Counted from the stretch's first letter, positions 24,256 to 34,867 are shown. The stretch is 64,000 bases of DNA from Polymorphobacter sp. (GCA_044373875.1 JBILPK010000002.1:65-64064), one strand, 5' to 3'. Numbers and translations: made by a program. The notes: a model not told the origin generated them from the letters alone.

Positions 24256-24864
24256 CTAATCCCCGAATTTCACCCCGTGCCGCGCCATCAGCGGCGCCTG
24301 GGCGATGGCGAAGAGCAAGGTCGCGCTGGTGACGCCCCAGACCTTGAAATTGACCCACTGGTCGGTGGTCAGCACCTGGCGCGCGACTTCGTTGGCGGCC
24401 ATCAGCGCGATGAAGAACAGCGCCCAGTTGCGGGTCAGCTTGCGCCAGCCATCGTCATCGAGCTGCGGCAGCGCTTCGCCCATCACCAGTTTCAGATACG
24501 ACCGCCGCGTCGCCAGCCCGAACAATAGGATGCCGGCGAACATGCCGTAGATCAGCGTCGGCTTGAGTTTGATGAATGTATCGTCCTGCAACCACAAGGT
24601 CAGCCCGCCGAAGACGACGACGATCAGCCCGGTGAAGATCAGCATCGGCGGAATATGCCGGGTTTTCCACCATGACAGCGCCATGGCGACCAGCGTTGCG
24701 ACCATGAAGGCGGCTGTGGCGGTGAACACCCCGCCGAACTTGTTGGCGCCGAAAAAGATCAGCAGCGGTCCGAAATCGATCGCCAGTTTCAGGGCCGTCG
24801 GCATCGGGGTGCGGCCGGGCCTTTCGGTGGCGACGGGCTCGGTCGGGGGGGAGGAATCACTCAT
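24256..24864 (-). CDS. yciB: Inner-membrane septation protein A (YciB/IspZ family)
   Basis: LKLAIDFGPLLIFFGANKFGGVFTATAAFMVATLVAMALSWWKTRHIPPMLIFTGLIVVVFGGLTLWLQDDTFIKLKPTLIY is the typical YciB pattern. Confidence 0.85.
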   Translation of the reverse strand: MSDSSPPTEPVATERPGRTPMPTALKLAIDFGPLLIFFGANKFGGVFTATAAFMVATLVAMALSWWKTRHIPPMLIFTGLIVVVFGGLTLWLQDDTFIKLKPTLIYGMFAGILLFGLATRRSYLKLVMGEALPQLDDDGWRKLTRNWALFFIALMAANEVARQVLTTDQWVNFKVWGVTSATLLFAIAQAPLMARHGVKFGD

Positions 24865-24909
24865 TACGCCCCGCCCTTACCGCCTTTTGTCACTGGCTGT
24901 CATCCCGGG

Positions 24910-25521
24910 ATGACAGCGAAGAGCCGGGTCGCTAGCGTGCGCGGCGTGTCGCCCGAACCGCTCATCATCACCGATCTCGCCTGCCGGCGCGGCGACCGGC
25001 TGCTGTTCGAAGGCGTGTCGGCCCGGCTCGATCCCGGCGGCGCGCTGCATCTCGAAGGCCCCAATGGCAGCGGCAAATCCAGCCTGATGCGCATCCTCGC
25101 CGGGCTGTTGGCGGCGGCGGCGGGCAGCATCAGCGGCGGCGGCGTGCGCGGTTTCCTCGGCCATGATGTCGCGCTGAAGCAGCGGCAGCGGCTGGGGGCG
25201 GAACTGGCGCACTGGGCGCGGCTCGATGCTGGCCTGGCGCGGCTGCCGGCGGCGATGGCGGCGATGAATGTCGCAGCGCTCGCCGATGTGCCATGCCGGC
25301 ATCTGTCGTCGGGGCAGCGCCGCCGCGCCGGGCTGGCGCGCGTGCTGGCGAGCGGTGCCGAGCTCTGGCTGCTCGATGAACCGACCGCCGGGCTCGATAC
25401 CGCGTCGGCGGCGCTGCTGGCGGCGGCGATGGCGGCACACCGCGCCGGCGGCGGCATGGTGGTGGCGGCGGTACACGGCGATATCGGGCTGGCGGCGCCG
25501 CAGCGGCTGGTGCTCGGCTGA
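24910..25521 (+). CDS. ccmA: Heme ABC exporter ATP-binding protein
   Basis: Walker A: GPNGSGKSSLMRILAGL. Signature: LSSGQRRRAGLA. Walker B: LWLLDEPTAGLD. About 200 aa. Overlaps ccmB at ATGA... (TGATG). Confidence 0.9.
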   Translation: MTAKSRVASVRGVSPEPLIITDLACRRGDRLLFEGVSARLDPGGALHLEGPNGSGKSSLMRILAGLLAAAAGSISGGGVRGFLGHDVALKQRQRLGAELAHWARLDAGLARLPAAMAAMNVAALADVPCRHLSSGQRRRAGLARVLASGAELWLLDEPTAGLDTASAALLAAAMAAHRAGGGMVVAAVHGDIGLAAPQRLVLG

Positions 25522-26147
25522 TGTTCTTGCTTCTCGTCCGCCGCGACCTGGCGTTGATCGCGCGTTCCCCGGCGCTGTGGATGCCGGTGATGTTCTTCGT
25601 GCTGGTCGCCGCGATCTTCCCCTTTGCCATCGGTCCCGATGCGCGGCTGCTGGCGCGCATCGCGCCGGGCATCGTCTGGGTGGCGGCGCTGCTCGCGGCG
25701 CTGCTGCCGGTGGAAACGCTGCTCGCCCCCGATCTCGAGGACGGCACCATCGACCAACTGGCGGCGCGCGGCATCGCGATGGAATTGGTGACGGCGGCGC
25801 GCGTCCTGGCGCACTGGCTGGGCTTTACCGTGCCGCTGCTCGCCGCGCTGCCGGTGGCGGCGGTGCTGCTCGGGCTGGAAGGCGCCGCCTTCTGGCGGCT
25901 GGCGGCGGGGCTGGCGCTCGGCACCCCGGCGCTGGCGGCGCTCGCCGTGGTGGCGGCGGCGCTGACCGCGGGGTTGCGCGGCGGCGGCGCGCTCGCCGGG
26001 CTGATCATCCTGCCGCTGGCGCTGCCGATCCTGATCTTCGGGGTAGGGGCCGATGCGCCGGGGGCGCTCAAGCTGCTGGCGGCGGCCAGTCTCGTTTCGC
26101 TGGCGATTGCACCGTTCGCAGCGGCAGCCGCATTGCGACAGGACTGA
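25521..26147 (+). CDS. ccmB: Heme exporter permease B
   Basis: LVRRDLALIARSPALWMPVMFFVLVAAIFPFAIGPD...LEDGTIDQL... A six-TM, roughly 208-aa protein directly after ccmA. Confidence 0.9.
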   Translation: MFLLLVRRDLALIARSPALWMPVMFFVLVAAIFPFAIGPDARLLARIAPGIVWVAALLAALLPVETLLAPDLEDGTIDQLAARGIAMELVTAARVLAHWLGFTVPLLAALPVAAVLLGLEGAAFWRLAAGLALGTPALAALAVVAAALTAGLRGGGALAGLIILPLALPILIFGVGADAPGALKLLAAASLVSLAIAPFAAAAALRQD

Positions 26148-26237
26148 ACGCTCCACCACAACTGTCACCCCCGGGGTGACGGTGAAGGATCGTTTGCGCC
26201 TTTCGCCGCTGCGCCAAAGCGCCTAAGCCCGCGCGCC

Positions 26238-27113
26238 ATGGACTCGACCCCCCACCGGCTCGCCTTTCCGGCGATCGTCCTTGGCAGCACGATGCTCGCC
26301 TTCGGGCCCTGGCTGGTGCGGGTGGCCGATGTCGCGCCGGTGGCCTCGGCGTTCTGGCGACTGGCGCTGGCGGTGCTGCCGCTCGCCCTGCTGGCGCGCT
26401 TCACCGGCGCGCCGCTGGCCGCCGGCACCATCAATGCCCGGGTGCTGGTGCTGGCGGCGGTCGCCGGGCTGTTCTTCGCCGTTGATATCGCGCTCTGGCA
26501 CTATGGCATCGTGCGCACGACGCTGGCCAATGCGGCCCTGCTGTCGAACGCCGCCAGCTTCCTGCTGCCGCTGTGGGGCTTTGCCGTGCTGCACCAGAAA
26601 CCCGGCCGCAAGGCATTGTTCGCGATTGGTTTTGCGCTCGGTGGCACGTTGCTGCTCGTCGGGCAAAGCGCCGAACTGTCGCCGCGCCATCTTGCCGGCG
26701 ACCTGCTCTGCCTGGGCGCGGCACTGTTCTACACCGGTTACCTCATCGTCATCGACGGCCTGCGCGGCCGGGTGCCGGTGTTCCCGTTGCTGGCGCTGGC
26801 GACGGCGTTCGGCGCGGCGTCGCTGTTGCCTGCCGCGCTGCTGATGGATGGCGCTTTCTGGCCGCACGACTGGACGCCGCTCGTCGTGCTGGCGCTGGGC
26901 AGCCAGGTCATCGGCCAGGGGCTGGTGGTCTTCGCCGTCGGCCATCTGCGCCCGCTCGTCGTCGGGCTGGCGCTGCTCGTGCAACCGGCTGTCGCGACGA
27001 TCATCGGGGCGCTGCGCTTCGGCGAAGTGCCGGGCGTGCCGGAAATCGCCGGCGCGGCGCTGGTGGTGGCGGCGTTGATCCTCGTGCGGCTGCCAGACCC
27101 CACGCAACGCTGA
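26238..27113 (+). CDS. DMT-superfamily (EamA-like) transporter
   Basis: A ten-TM protein with two EamA-like halves, e.g. FWRLALAVLPLALLA... and GDLLCLGAALFYTGYLIVID... Confidence 0.8.
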   Translation: MDSTPHRLAFPAIVLGSTMLAFGPWLVRVADVAPVASAFWRLALAVLPLALLARFTGAPLAAGTINARVLVLAAVAGLFFAVDIALWHYGIVRTTLANAALLSNAASFLLPLWGFAVLHQKPGRKALFAIGFALGGTLLLVGQSAELSPRHLAGDLLCLGAALFYTGYLIVIDGLRGRVPVFPLLALATAFGAASLLPAALLMDGAFWPHDWTPLVVLALGSQVIGQGLVVFAVGHLRPLVVGLALLVQPAVATIIGALRFGEVPGVPEIAGAALVVAALILVRLPDPTQR

Positions 27114-27116
27114 TCA

Positions 27117-29711
27117 TCAGGCGGTCTTTGCCGGCGCCTTCTTCTTGGCAGCAGGTTTTTTCGCCGCCGGCTTCTTGGCCACCACCTTTTTCGCCGCGGC
27201 CTTTTTCACCGGCTTCTTGCCCGCCTTGGGCGGCATCGCCGCGCGTACGTCGATCAACGCGGCGGCATCTTCCAACGAAATCGTCATGCCGTCTTCGGTC
27301 TTGGGCACGGTCGCATTGGTGCTGCCATCGGTGATATACTGACCGAAACGCCCCGCCATCAGCTTCATCATCGCCCCCGACACCGGGTGTGCGCCGATTT
27401 CGCGCAACGGCGCCATGGTGCCGCGCGCCCTTGGGCCTGCGGCAGCGGCTTCCGCGAGTTTCACCACCGCGGCGTTCATGCCGGTTTCAAAGACGTCGGC
27501 GGTCGAGGTCAGCCGGGCATATTTGCCATTGTGCGCCAGATACGGCCCATAGCGGCCGATGCTGGCGGTGATCGGTTCACCGCTTTCCGGATGGGCACCG
27601 ATCGTGCGCGGCAGCGACAGCAGCTTCAATGCCAGTTCCAGATCATCCGGCCCCACCACCGGCGCATCCTTGGGGATCGACGCGCGCGGCGGTTTTTCGC
27701 CTTCGCCCAATTGCACATAGGCACCGAAACGCCCCGAACGCAGCGACACCGCTTCGCCCGATACCGGATCGGTGCCTAGCAGCATGGGCCCGGTCGATTC
27801 CTGCCCGGCATTGTCCCCGGCGAATTGCCGCGTATAGCGGCATTCGGGATAGTTGGAGCAGGCGACAAAGGCACCGAACTTGCCGGTCTTCAGGCTCAGC
27901 CGGCCATTGCCGCAGGTTGGGCACAGCCGCGGATCACCGCCATCGGCGCGCGGCGGGAACAGCGTCGGCGCCAGATATTCATCGAGCGCGACGGTGACAT
28001 CCGATGGCTTGAGATCGAGGATTTCCTTGGTCTTGGGCGAAAAATCGTCCCAGAAATCGCGCAGCACCTTGAGATATTCCAGCTCCCCGGCCGACACGGT
28101 ATCGAGCCGGGTCTCGAGATCGGCGGTGAAATCATAGCCGACATATTTCTCGAAGAAGCGTTCGAGGAACGCCGTGACCAGCCGGCCCTTTTCCTCGGCC
28201 CAGAAACGGTTCTTCTCGACCCGCACATAGGCACGATCGCGCAACGTCTGCAGGATCGCGGCATAGGTCGACGGCCGGCCGATGCCGAGTTCTTCGAGCC
28301 GCTTGACCAGCGAGGCTTCCGAAAAACGTGGCGGCGCCTCGGTGAAATGCTGCTTGGCCTCGACCGATTTGACCGGGCAATTCTCGCCCTGCTTCAGGCG
28401 CGGCAGGCGGCGGCCTTCGTCATCGTCGCTGTCCGACGCGATGTCTTCGGTTGTCTCAGTGTAGACCGCGAGGAATCCCGGCGACAGGATGACCTGGCCG
28501 GTGGCGCGCAGGCCGGTTTGCAGCGTCGCGTCGAGCAGGTCGATGCTCGTCCGCTCCATGCGCGCGCTGGCCATCTGGCTGGCGACGGTGCGCTTCCAGA
28601 CGAGCGCATATAATTTGTCGGCATCGTTCAGCGGCGTGCGCGCCGGGCGGGCCATCAGGTCGGTCGGGCGGATCGCTTCATGCGCTTCCTGGGCGTTCTT
28701 GGCCTTGGTGGCATAATGGCGCGGCTTTTCGGGCAGAACATCGGGGCCGCGGCCGAAATCCTCGCCGATGACATCGCGCACCGCGGCAATGGCTTCGCTG
28801 CCGATCTGCACGCCGTCGGTACGCATGTAGGTGATGCGGCCGTCCTCATACAGGCCCTGCGCGATGCGCATCGTGTGGCTGGCGGTAAAGCCGAGCTTGC
28901 GCGCCGCTTCCTGCTGGATCGTCGAGGTGGTGAAAGGCGGATAGGGGTTGCGCGTCGCCGGCTTGGTTTCGACGGCATGGACGTTGAACACGCCCATTTC
29001 CACGGCGCGGCGGGCGGCTTCGGCCTCCTTGGCGTTGGTGATGTCGAAGCGATCGAGCTTCTTGCCGCGCCAGAAGCTCAGCCGCGCCGGAAACGCCTGG
29101 CCGGCGCTGGACGCCATGCCGGCTTCGACCGTCCAGTATTCGCGGGCGATATGCGCCTCGATCTCGCGCTCGCGCTCGACGACCAGCCGCAGCGCCACCG
29201 ATTGCACGCGCCCGGCGCTTTTCGCCCCCGGCAGCTTGCGCCACAGCACCGGCGACAAGGTGAAACCGACGAGATAATCGAGCGCGCGGCGAGCCAGATA
29301 GGCATCGACAAGATCCTGGTCGATCTCGCGCGGCCGCTTCATTGCGGCGAGGATCGTCGTCTTGGTGATTTCGTTGAAGGTGACGCGCTGGACGCCGCCC
29401 TTGGGCAGCGCCTTTTTCGCCTTCAGCCATTCATACAAGTGCCACGAGATCGCTTCGCCCTCGCGATCGGGATCGGTGGCGAGAATCACGCTGTCGGCGC
29501 GCTTTGCCGCGTCCGAAATCGCCTTCAGCTGCTTGGCGCGATCGCCGGAAACTTCCCACAACATCGCGAAATCATGGTCGGGATCGACCGAACCGTCCTT
29601 GGGCGGCAAGTCGCGGATATGCCCGAAACTGGCCAGAACTTCATAGTTCGACCCCAGATATTTGTTGATCGTCTTGGCCTTGGCAGGCGATTCCACGATC
29701 ACGAGGTCCAT
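27117..29711 (-). CDS. topA: DNA topoisomerase I
   Basis: MDLVIVESPAKAKTINKYLG (Toprim); ILATDPDREGEAISWH; RITYMRTDG (active-site Tyr); C-terminal Zn-ribbon CPTCGNGRLSL...CSNYPEC; Lys/Ala-rich tail. Confidence 0.97.
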   Translation of the reverse strand: MDLVIVESPAKAKTINKYLGSNYEVLASFGHIRDLPPKDGSVDPDHDFAMLWEVSGDRAKQLKAISDAAKRADSVILATDPDREGEAISWHLYEWLKAKKALPKGGVQRVTFNEITKTTILAAMKRPREIDQDLVDAYLARRALDYLVGFTLSPVLWRKLPGAKSAGRVQSVALRLVVEREREIEAHIAREYWTVEAGMASSAGQAFPARLSFWRGKKLDRFDITNAKEAEAARRAVEMGVFNVHAVETKPATRNPYPPFTTSTIQQEAARKLGFTASHTMRIAQGLYEDGRITYMRTDGVQIGSEAIAAVRDVIGEDFGRGPDVLPEKPRHYATKAKNAQEAHEAIRPTDLMARPARTPLNDADKLYALVWKRTVASQMASARMERTSIDLLDATLQTGLRATGQVILSPGFLAVYTETTEDIASDSDDDEGRRLPRLKQGENCPVKSVEAKQHFTEAPPRFSEASLVKRLEELGIGRPSTYAAILQTLRDRAYVRVEKNRFWAEEKGRLVTAFLERFFEKYVGYDFTADLETRLDTVSAGELEYLKVLRDFWDDFSPKTKEILDLKPSDVTVALDEYLAPTLFPPRADGGDPRLCPTCGNGRLSLKTGKFGAFVACSNYPECRYTRQFAGDNAGQESTGPMLLGTDPVSGEAVSLRSGRFGAYVQLGEGEKPPRASIPKDAPVVGPDDLELALKLLSLPRTIGAHPESGEPITASIGRYGPYLAHNGKYARLTSTADVFETGMNAAVVKLAEAAAAGPRARGTMAPLREIGAHPVSGAMMKLMAGRFGQYITDGSTNATVPKTEDGMTISLEDAAALIDVRAAMPPKAGKKPVKKAAAKKVVAKKPAAKKPAAKKKAPAKTA

Positions 29712-29791
29712 GCGGGTCCTGACTCTCTGGCAGCACGATAGCAGCGGCGCGGCCCCTACGCGCTATTGGGGGCAGGGCGCAAGGGGAAGTG

Positions 29792-30888
29792 TCAACCCGC
29801 CGCCACCCGCCCTCCGGCATGACGCACCAGCGCGCCGGCCAGTTCCAGGTCGAGCAGCACCGTTGCCACCACCGCCGGCGGCAGGCCCGACAGGCGGACG
29901 AGTTCGTCGATGGCGACCGGGGTGGGGGACAGCAGCGCAGCCACCGCCGCGCGTTCGCCATCGCCGGCATCCTGCGCCGGTTCGTCGTACCAGGCCGCCG
30001 ATTCGGCCGCCTTGAAGCGCATTCCGAGTTGCGGACCCTGCCCGAAGGCGGACAGCGCCTCAACGACGTCTGCCGCCGATTGCACCAGCGTCGCGCCCTC
30101 GCGGATCAGCAAATTGCAGCCCTGCGCCCGCGGATCGAGCGGCGAGCCGGGGATCGCCATCACCTCGCGCCCGGCCTCGGCCGCGATTCGCTGATCAGCG
30201 AGCCCGATTTCGGCGCACCCTCGACCACCAGCGTGCCCGCCGCCAGCCCGGCGATGACCCGGTTGCGGCGCGGGAAGTGCCGTGCCTGCGGCTCGACACC
30301 GGGTTTCTGTTCGGCGAGAATCAGGCCCTTTTCGGCGATTTCAGCCATCAGCGCGGCGTTTTCGGGCGGGTAGACGACATCGACTCCGCCGGCCACCACT
30401 GCGATCGTGCCCTCGGCCATCGCCCCCTGGTGCGCTGCGGCATCGATGCCGCGCGCCAGCCCCGACACGACGACAAGATCCTCCGCCGCCAGGTCGGCCG
30501 CCAGAGCCCTTGCAAAACGCACCCCCGCCGCGCTGGCGTTGCGCGCCCCGACGATCGCCACCGCCGGGCGTTCGAGCAAGCCCGTATCGCCGCGCGCCGC
30601 GAGAACCGGCGGTGCCGTCTCCAGCGCCGCCAGCAACGCCGGATAGGCCGGGGTGCCGATGAAGATCATCGTCGCGCCGATGGCATCGAGCGCCGCCAGT
30701 TCCGCCTCGGCGTCCGCCACCGGGGTGACCGCCAGCGCCCGGCCGCCGCGCCGCGCCAGGTCGGGCAGCGCCGCCAGCGCCGCTGCCGCCGTGCCGAAGC
30801 GCGCCAGCAACTGCCGATAGGTGATCGGCCCGATCGAATCGGTGCGGATCAACCGCAGCCGCGCCACGGCATCATCGGGCAGCGTCAT
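29792..30888 (-). pseudogene. dprA: DNA-processing protein DprA interrupted by a frameshift near nt 30190
   Basis: The upstream frame (start ATG 30888) reads ...[22 protein letters not shown]-stop (stop at 30160). The conserved continuation [36 protein letters not shown]... lies in another frame (ORF 29792-30163). On the minus strand ctgatcag|cgaatcgcg needs one extra base to restore [22 protein letters not shown]. Confidence 0.8.
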
Positions 30889-31469
30889 TTCTGGCCGATC
30901 CGGCTTTCGGTGCCGGCGCGCAGCCGGGCGATGTTTTCCCGATGCTTCCAGATCAGGATGACGGCAATGAAGGCCAGCGCAATGGCACTGTGCGGTGATC
31001 CCAGTGCAAAGGCCGCCACCGGCGCCGCCACCGCCGCCGCCATGCCGCCGACCGACGAATGCCGGGTGGCGAGCGCCCCGACCAGCCAGGTCACCAGCGC
31101 CGCAACGCCCGCCAGTGGCACCGCCGCCAGCGCCACGCCGAGCAGCGTCGCCACGCCCTTGCCGCCGTTGAAGCGCAGCCAGACCGGATAGCAATGGCCG
31201 ATGAACGCCGCGACACCCGCCAGCATCCCCGCCTCCAGCCCGCCATAATGCCGCGCCAGCAGCACCGCGGCCGCGCCCTTGCCGGCATCGAGCAGCAATG
31301 TCGCCGCCGCCAGCCCCTTGTTGCCGGTGCGCAGCACATTGGTGGTGCCGATATTGCCCGATCCGACCGTGCGGATATCGATCCCGATCAGCCGCGTCAG
31401 CAACAGCCCGAACGGAATGCTGCCCAGCAGATAGCCGATGCCGATCCAGAGCAGTGACGTGGTCCCCAT
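30885..31469 (-). CDS. plsY: Glycerol-3-phosphate acyltransferase
   Basis: MGTTSLLWIGIGYLLGSIPFGLLLTRL.GIDIRTVGSGNIGTTNVLRTGNKGLAAATLLLDAGKG...FNGGKGVAT. Its stop overlaps the dprA start (ATGA). Only the 3' 585 nt of the tracked 742-aa ORF is used. Confidence 0.95.
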   Translation of the reverse strand: MGTTSLLWIGIGYLLGSIPFGLLLTRLIGIDIRTVGSGNIGTTNVLRTGNKGLAAATLLLDAGKGAAAVLLARHYGGLEAGMLAGVAAFIGHCYPVWLRFNGGKGVATLLGVALAAVPLAGVAALVTWLVGALATRHSSVGGMAAAVAAPVAAFALGSPHSAIALAFIAVILIWKHRENIARLRAGTESRIGQK

Positions 31470-31547
31470 CGTCGGACGGTAGCCGCAGCCGGCCCGGTTT
31501 GAAAGCCCGACCGGGTTCGTTATGGTCGCGGCAAAAGGGGTATCGAC

Positions 31548-33137
31548 ATGCGGCTCTCGCGACACATTCTGGCCGGGCTGGCGCTGGCGCTCGCCACCGC
31601 CCCGGTGCTGGCGGCGGGCATGTTGCCCACCCCGGCGCGCGCGGCGGGGGAGGCGGAAGGCCCCTGGCCGTTGCTCGTCATCCGCGGCGCCACCATCATC
31701 ACCGGCAATGGCGGCCCGCCGCAAGGCCCGGCCGACATTATCATCAAGGGCAATCGCATCGCCGAAATCCGCCCAGCCGGCACCCCCGGGCTGCCGATGC
31801 GCACCGATCGCGAACCGCGCGGCGCCGGGCGCGAGATCGATGCCACCGGCATGTATGTCATGCCCGGCTTCGTCGACATGCACGGCCACAACGGTGACCC
31901 CGACAAGGCTAATGACCCGAGCTATGCCTATCGCTTGTGGCTGGCGCATGGCGTCACCACGGTGCGCGGCGTGTCCTTTTTCGGCGGCGATGCGGCGCAT
32001 GCGCTCGATGACAAGCGCCGCAGCGCCGCCGGTGAGATCACCGCGCCGCGGCTCTATGTCTATCAGACGCTCGGATCGGGCTGGTCGCAGGGCCGGGTGC
32101 AGACGCCGGAAAAGGCCCGCGAATGGGTGCGCTGGGCCGCCAAGGCCGGCATCGACGGCATCAAATTCTTCAACAAAGACGATGAAACCCCCGACATCGA
32201 CCGCGCCGCCATCGACGAGGCGAAAAAGCTCGGCCTCGGCACCGTCGCGCACCTGTCGCAGCCCAATGTCGCCGAATTCAACGCCCGCGATGCCGCCGCC
32301 GCGGGCCTTGGCACCGTCACGCATTTCTACGGCCATTTCGAAGCGCTGCTGAAGGACCGCCGCACCCAGGACACGCCAGCCGACTATAATTACAAGGACG
32401 AACAGATGCGTTTCGGCGGCATCGCCGACATCTGGAACCAGATTCACGAACCCGGCGGGCCGGAATGGGTCGATTATCTCATGGCCCAGAAAGCAACCGG
32501 CGTCACCTTCGACCCGACCTTCAACATCTACAGCGCCAGCCGCGACCTTATGCGGGCGAAGAACGCCGATTGGCACGCGAAATACGCGCTGCCGTCGATG
32601 ACGCGCTTCTACGAATCGAACCGCGACAACCACGGCAGTTATTTTTACGACTGGACGACGGCGCGCGAGGTCAGCTGGCGCAATTTCTATGGCCGCTACA
32701 TGCGGTTGGTCAACGATTACAAGAATATGGGTGGCCGGGTGACGACGGGCAGCGACCCGGGCTTCATCTACCAGCTCTGGGGCTTCGGCTATATTCTCGA
32801 GCTCGAAATGCTCCAGGAAGCCGGCTTTTCGCCGCTGGAAGTCATCCAGTCGGCCACCATCAACGGCGCGCGGACGCTGAATGACCCCAAGGGCGAGGAA
32901 CCGCAATTCGGCCTCGTCCGTGCCGGCATGATCGCCGATCTCGTCATCGTGCCGGAAAACCCGTTGCAGAATTTCAAGACGCTCTATGGCACCGGCTTCG
33001 TCCGGCTCAACGCCGCCACCAACAAAAGCGAAACCGTCGGCGGCGTGCGCTGGACGATCAAGGACGGCATGGTCTTCGATGCCCCGGCGCTGCTCAGGTC
33101 GGTGGCCGGGCAAGTGGCGCGCGAAAAGGCGGAGTAA
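31548..33137 (+). CDS. Secreted amidohydrolase-family (metal-dependent hydrolase) protein
   Basis: Signal peptide MRLSRHILAGLALALATAPVLAAG. Amidohydrolase motifs: ATGMYVMPGFVDMHGH and, near the C-terminus, GSDPGF...GMIADLVIV. Confidence 0.8.
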   Translation: MRLSRHILAGLALALATAPVLAAGMLPTPARAAGEAEGPWPLLVIRGATIITGNGGPPQGPADIIIKGNRIAEIRPAGTPGLPMRTDREPRGAGREIDATGMYVMPGFVDMHGHNGDPDKANDPSYAYRLWLAHGVTTVRGVSFFGGDAAHALDDKRRSAAGEITAPRLYVYQTLGSGWSQGRVQTPEKAREWVRWAAKAGIDGIKFFNKDDETPDIDRAAIDEAKKLGLGTVAHLSQPNVAEFNARDAAAAGLGTVTHFYGHFEALLKDRRTQDTPADYNYKDEQMRFGGIADIWNQIHEPGGPEWVDYLMAQKATGVTFDPTFNIYSASRDLMRAKNADWHAKYALPSMTRFYESNRDNHGSYFYDWTTAREVSWRNFYGRYMRLVNDYKNMGGRVTTGSDPGFIYQLWGFGYILELEMLQEAGFSPLEVIQSATINGARTLNDPKGEEPQFGLVRAGMIADLVIVPENPLQNFKTLYGTGFVRLNAATNKSETVGGVRWTIKDGMVFDAPALLRSVAGQVAREKAE

Positions 33138-33208
33138 GCGCCCTCCCCGCAGCCGACGCGGCGCCGCGCATGGTTGCCCCGCTGCCGTCCCCCCCTTAAA
33201 CCAAGGGT

Positions 33209-34867
33209 ATGACCACGACCCTCAGTATCGCCCTTGCCCAGTCGAACGCCGTTGTCGGCGGGCTCGATGCCAATGCCGATGCCATCTTGGCTGCGCGTGC
33301 CGGGGTGCCGGGGGCCGATCTGCTGGTCACCCCGGAACTGTCGGTGATCGGCTATCCGCCGGAGGATCTGGTGCTCAAGCCCGCGCTCGTCGCCGCCGCG
33401 ATGGCGCGCGTCGAGCGCCTCGCCGCCGCGACTGCCGATGGTGGCCCGGCGCTGCTCGTCGGCGCGCCGCTGGCGGAGAATGGCCGGCTGCACAATGCCA
33501 TGTTCCTGCTCGATGGCGGCCGCATCGCCGGGATCACGCGCAAGCACGACCTACCCAATTACGGCACCTTCGATGAAAAGCGGGTGTTTTCGCCCGGCCC
33601 GCTGCCCGGCCCGCTGGCGTTTCGCGGGGTCCGGCTCGGCGTGCCGATCTGCGAGGATATCTGGACGCCCGATGTCACCGAATGCCTTGCCGAAACCGGC
33701 GCCGAACTGCTCATCGTCCCCAATGGCTCGCCGTTCGAAACGGGCAAGGACGACCGGCGCCTGAGCCTTGCCGTCTCGCGCGTCACCGAAACCGGGCTGC
33801 CGCTCGTCTATCTCAACCGGGTGGGGGGCCAGGACGAACTCGTCTTCGATGGCGCCAGCTTCGTCCTCAATGCCGACCGCACGCTCGCCCTGCAACTTCC
33901 CGACTGGGACGAGGTCGTGCAGTTGACGCACTGGACCCGCAGCACGCTCGGCCATCACTGGACCTGCGCGCCCGGTGCCATCGCGCCGCGCGATGCGGAT
34001 CCCGCCGATATCTACCACGCCATGCTCGTCGCGCTGCGCGACTATGTGAACCGTAACGGCTTTCCGGGCGTCGTCCTCGGCCTGTCGGGGGGCATCGATT
34101 CGGCGCTGTCGGCGGCGGTCGCGGTCGATGCGCTGGGAGCCGACCGGGTGTGGTGCGTGATGATGCCGTCGCCCTATACCAGCCAGGACAGCCTGGAGGA
34201 TGCCGCCGAATGCGCTCGGCTGCTCGGCTGCCGGCTCGATACGGTCGGCATCGGCCCGGCGATGGATGCCTTTGGCACGATGCTGGCGCCATTGTTTGCC
34301 GGGAAGGCGGCCGATACCACCGAGGAAAACATCCAGTCGCGCATTCGCGGCCTGTCGCTGATGGCGCTGAGCAACAAGTTCGGCCCGATGCTGCTGACCA
34401 CCGGCAACAAGAGCGAGATGAGCGTCGGCTATGCCACCATCTACGGCGACATGGCCGGCGGCTATTCGGTGCTCAAGGACGTCTACAAGACGACCGTCTT
34501 CAAGCTGTGCGAATGGCGCAACCGCCACCACCCGCGCTTGGGCGTCGGCCCGAAAGGCCCGGTCATGCCGCAGCGGGTGATCGACAAGCCGCCCACCGCC
34601 GAACTGCGCGACAACCAGAAGGACGCCGACAGCCTGCCGCCCTATGACCTGCTCGATCGCATCCTGATCGGGCTGGTGGAGAACGAACGCGCCGCCAGCG
34701 AACTGATCGCCGAAGGCATCGACCCGGCCATCGTCGCGCGCATCGAACGCCTGCTCTACATCGCCGAATACAAGCGCCGCCAGGCGCCGCCGGGGGTCAA
34801 GATCGGCCATCGCAACTTCGGCCGCGACCGACGCTACCCGATCTCGAACGCCTTTCGGACGGCGTGA
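33209..34867 (+). CDS. nadE: Glutamine-dependent NAD+ synthetase
   Basis: N-terminal CN-hydrolase domain: LVTPELSVIGYPPEDL, ICEDIW. C-terminal synthetase domain: VLGLSGGIDSAL P-loop, TGNKSEMSVGYATIYGD. Confidence 0.95.
   Translation: MTTTLSIALAQSNAVVGGLDANADAILAARAGVPGADLLVTPELSVIGYPPEDLVLKPALVAAAMARVERLAAATADGGPALLVGAPLAENGRLHNAMFLLDGGRIAGITRKHDLPNYGTFDEKRVFSPGPLPGPLAFRGVRLGVPICEDIWTPDVTECLAETGAELLIVPNGSPFETGKDDRRLSLAVSRVTETGLPLVYLNRVGGQDELVFDGASFVLNADRTLALQLPDWDEVVQLTHWTRSTLGHHWTCAPGAIAPRDADPADIYHAMLVALRDYVNRNGFPGVVLGLSGGIDSALSAAVAVDALGADRVWCVMMPSPYTSQDSLEDAAECARLLGCRLDTVGIGPAMDAFGTMLAPLFAGKAADTTEENIQSRIRGLSLMALSNKFGPMLLTTGNKSEMSVGYATIYGDMAGGYSVLKDVYKTTVFKLCEWRNRHHPRLGVGPKGPVMPQRVIDKPPTAELRDNQKDADSLPPYDLLDRILIGLVENERAASELIAEGIDPAIVARIERLLYIAEYKRRQAPPGVKIGHRNFGRDRRYPISNAFRTA

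Noticed and set aside
31470-33113. Upstream part of the 742-aa minus-strand ORF containing plsY
   Set aside because: It is antisense to the amidohydrolase gene (31548-33137), which has a signal peptide and metal-binding motifs. PlsY homology starts at MGTTSLLW (31469).
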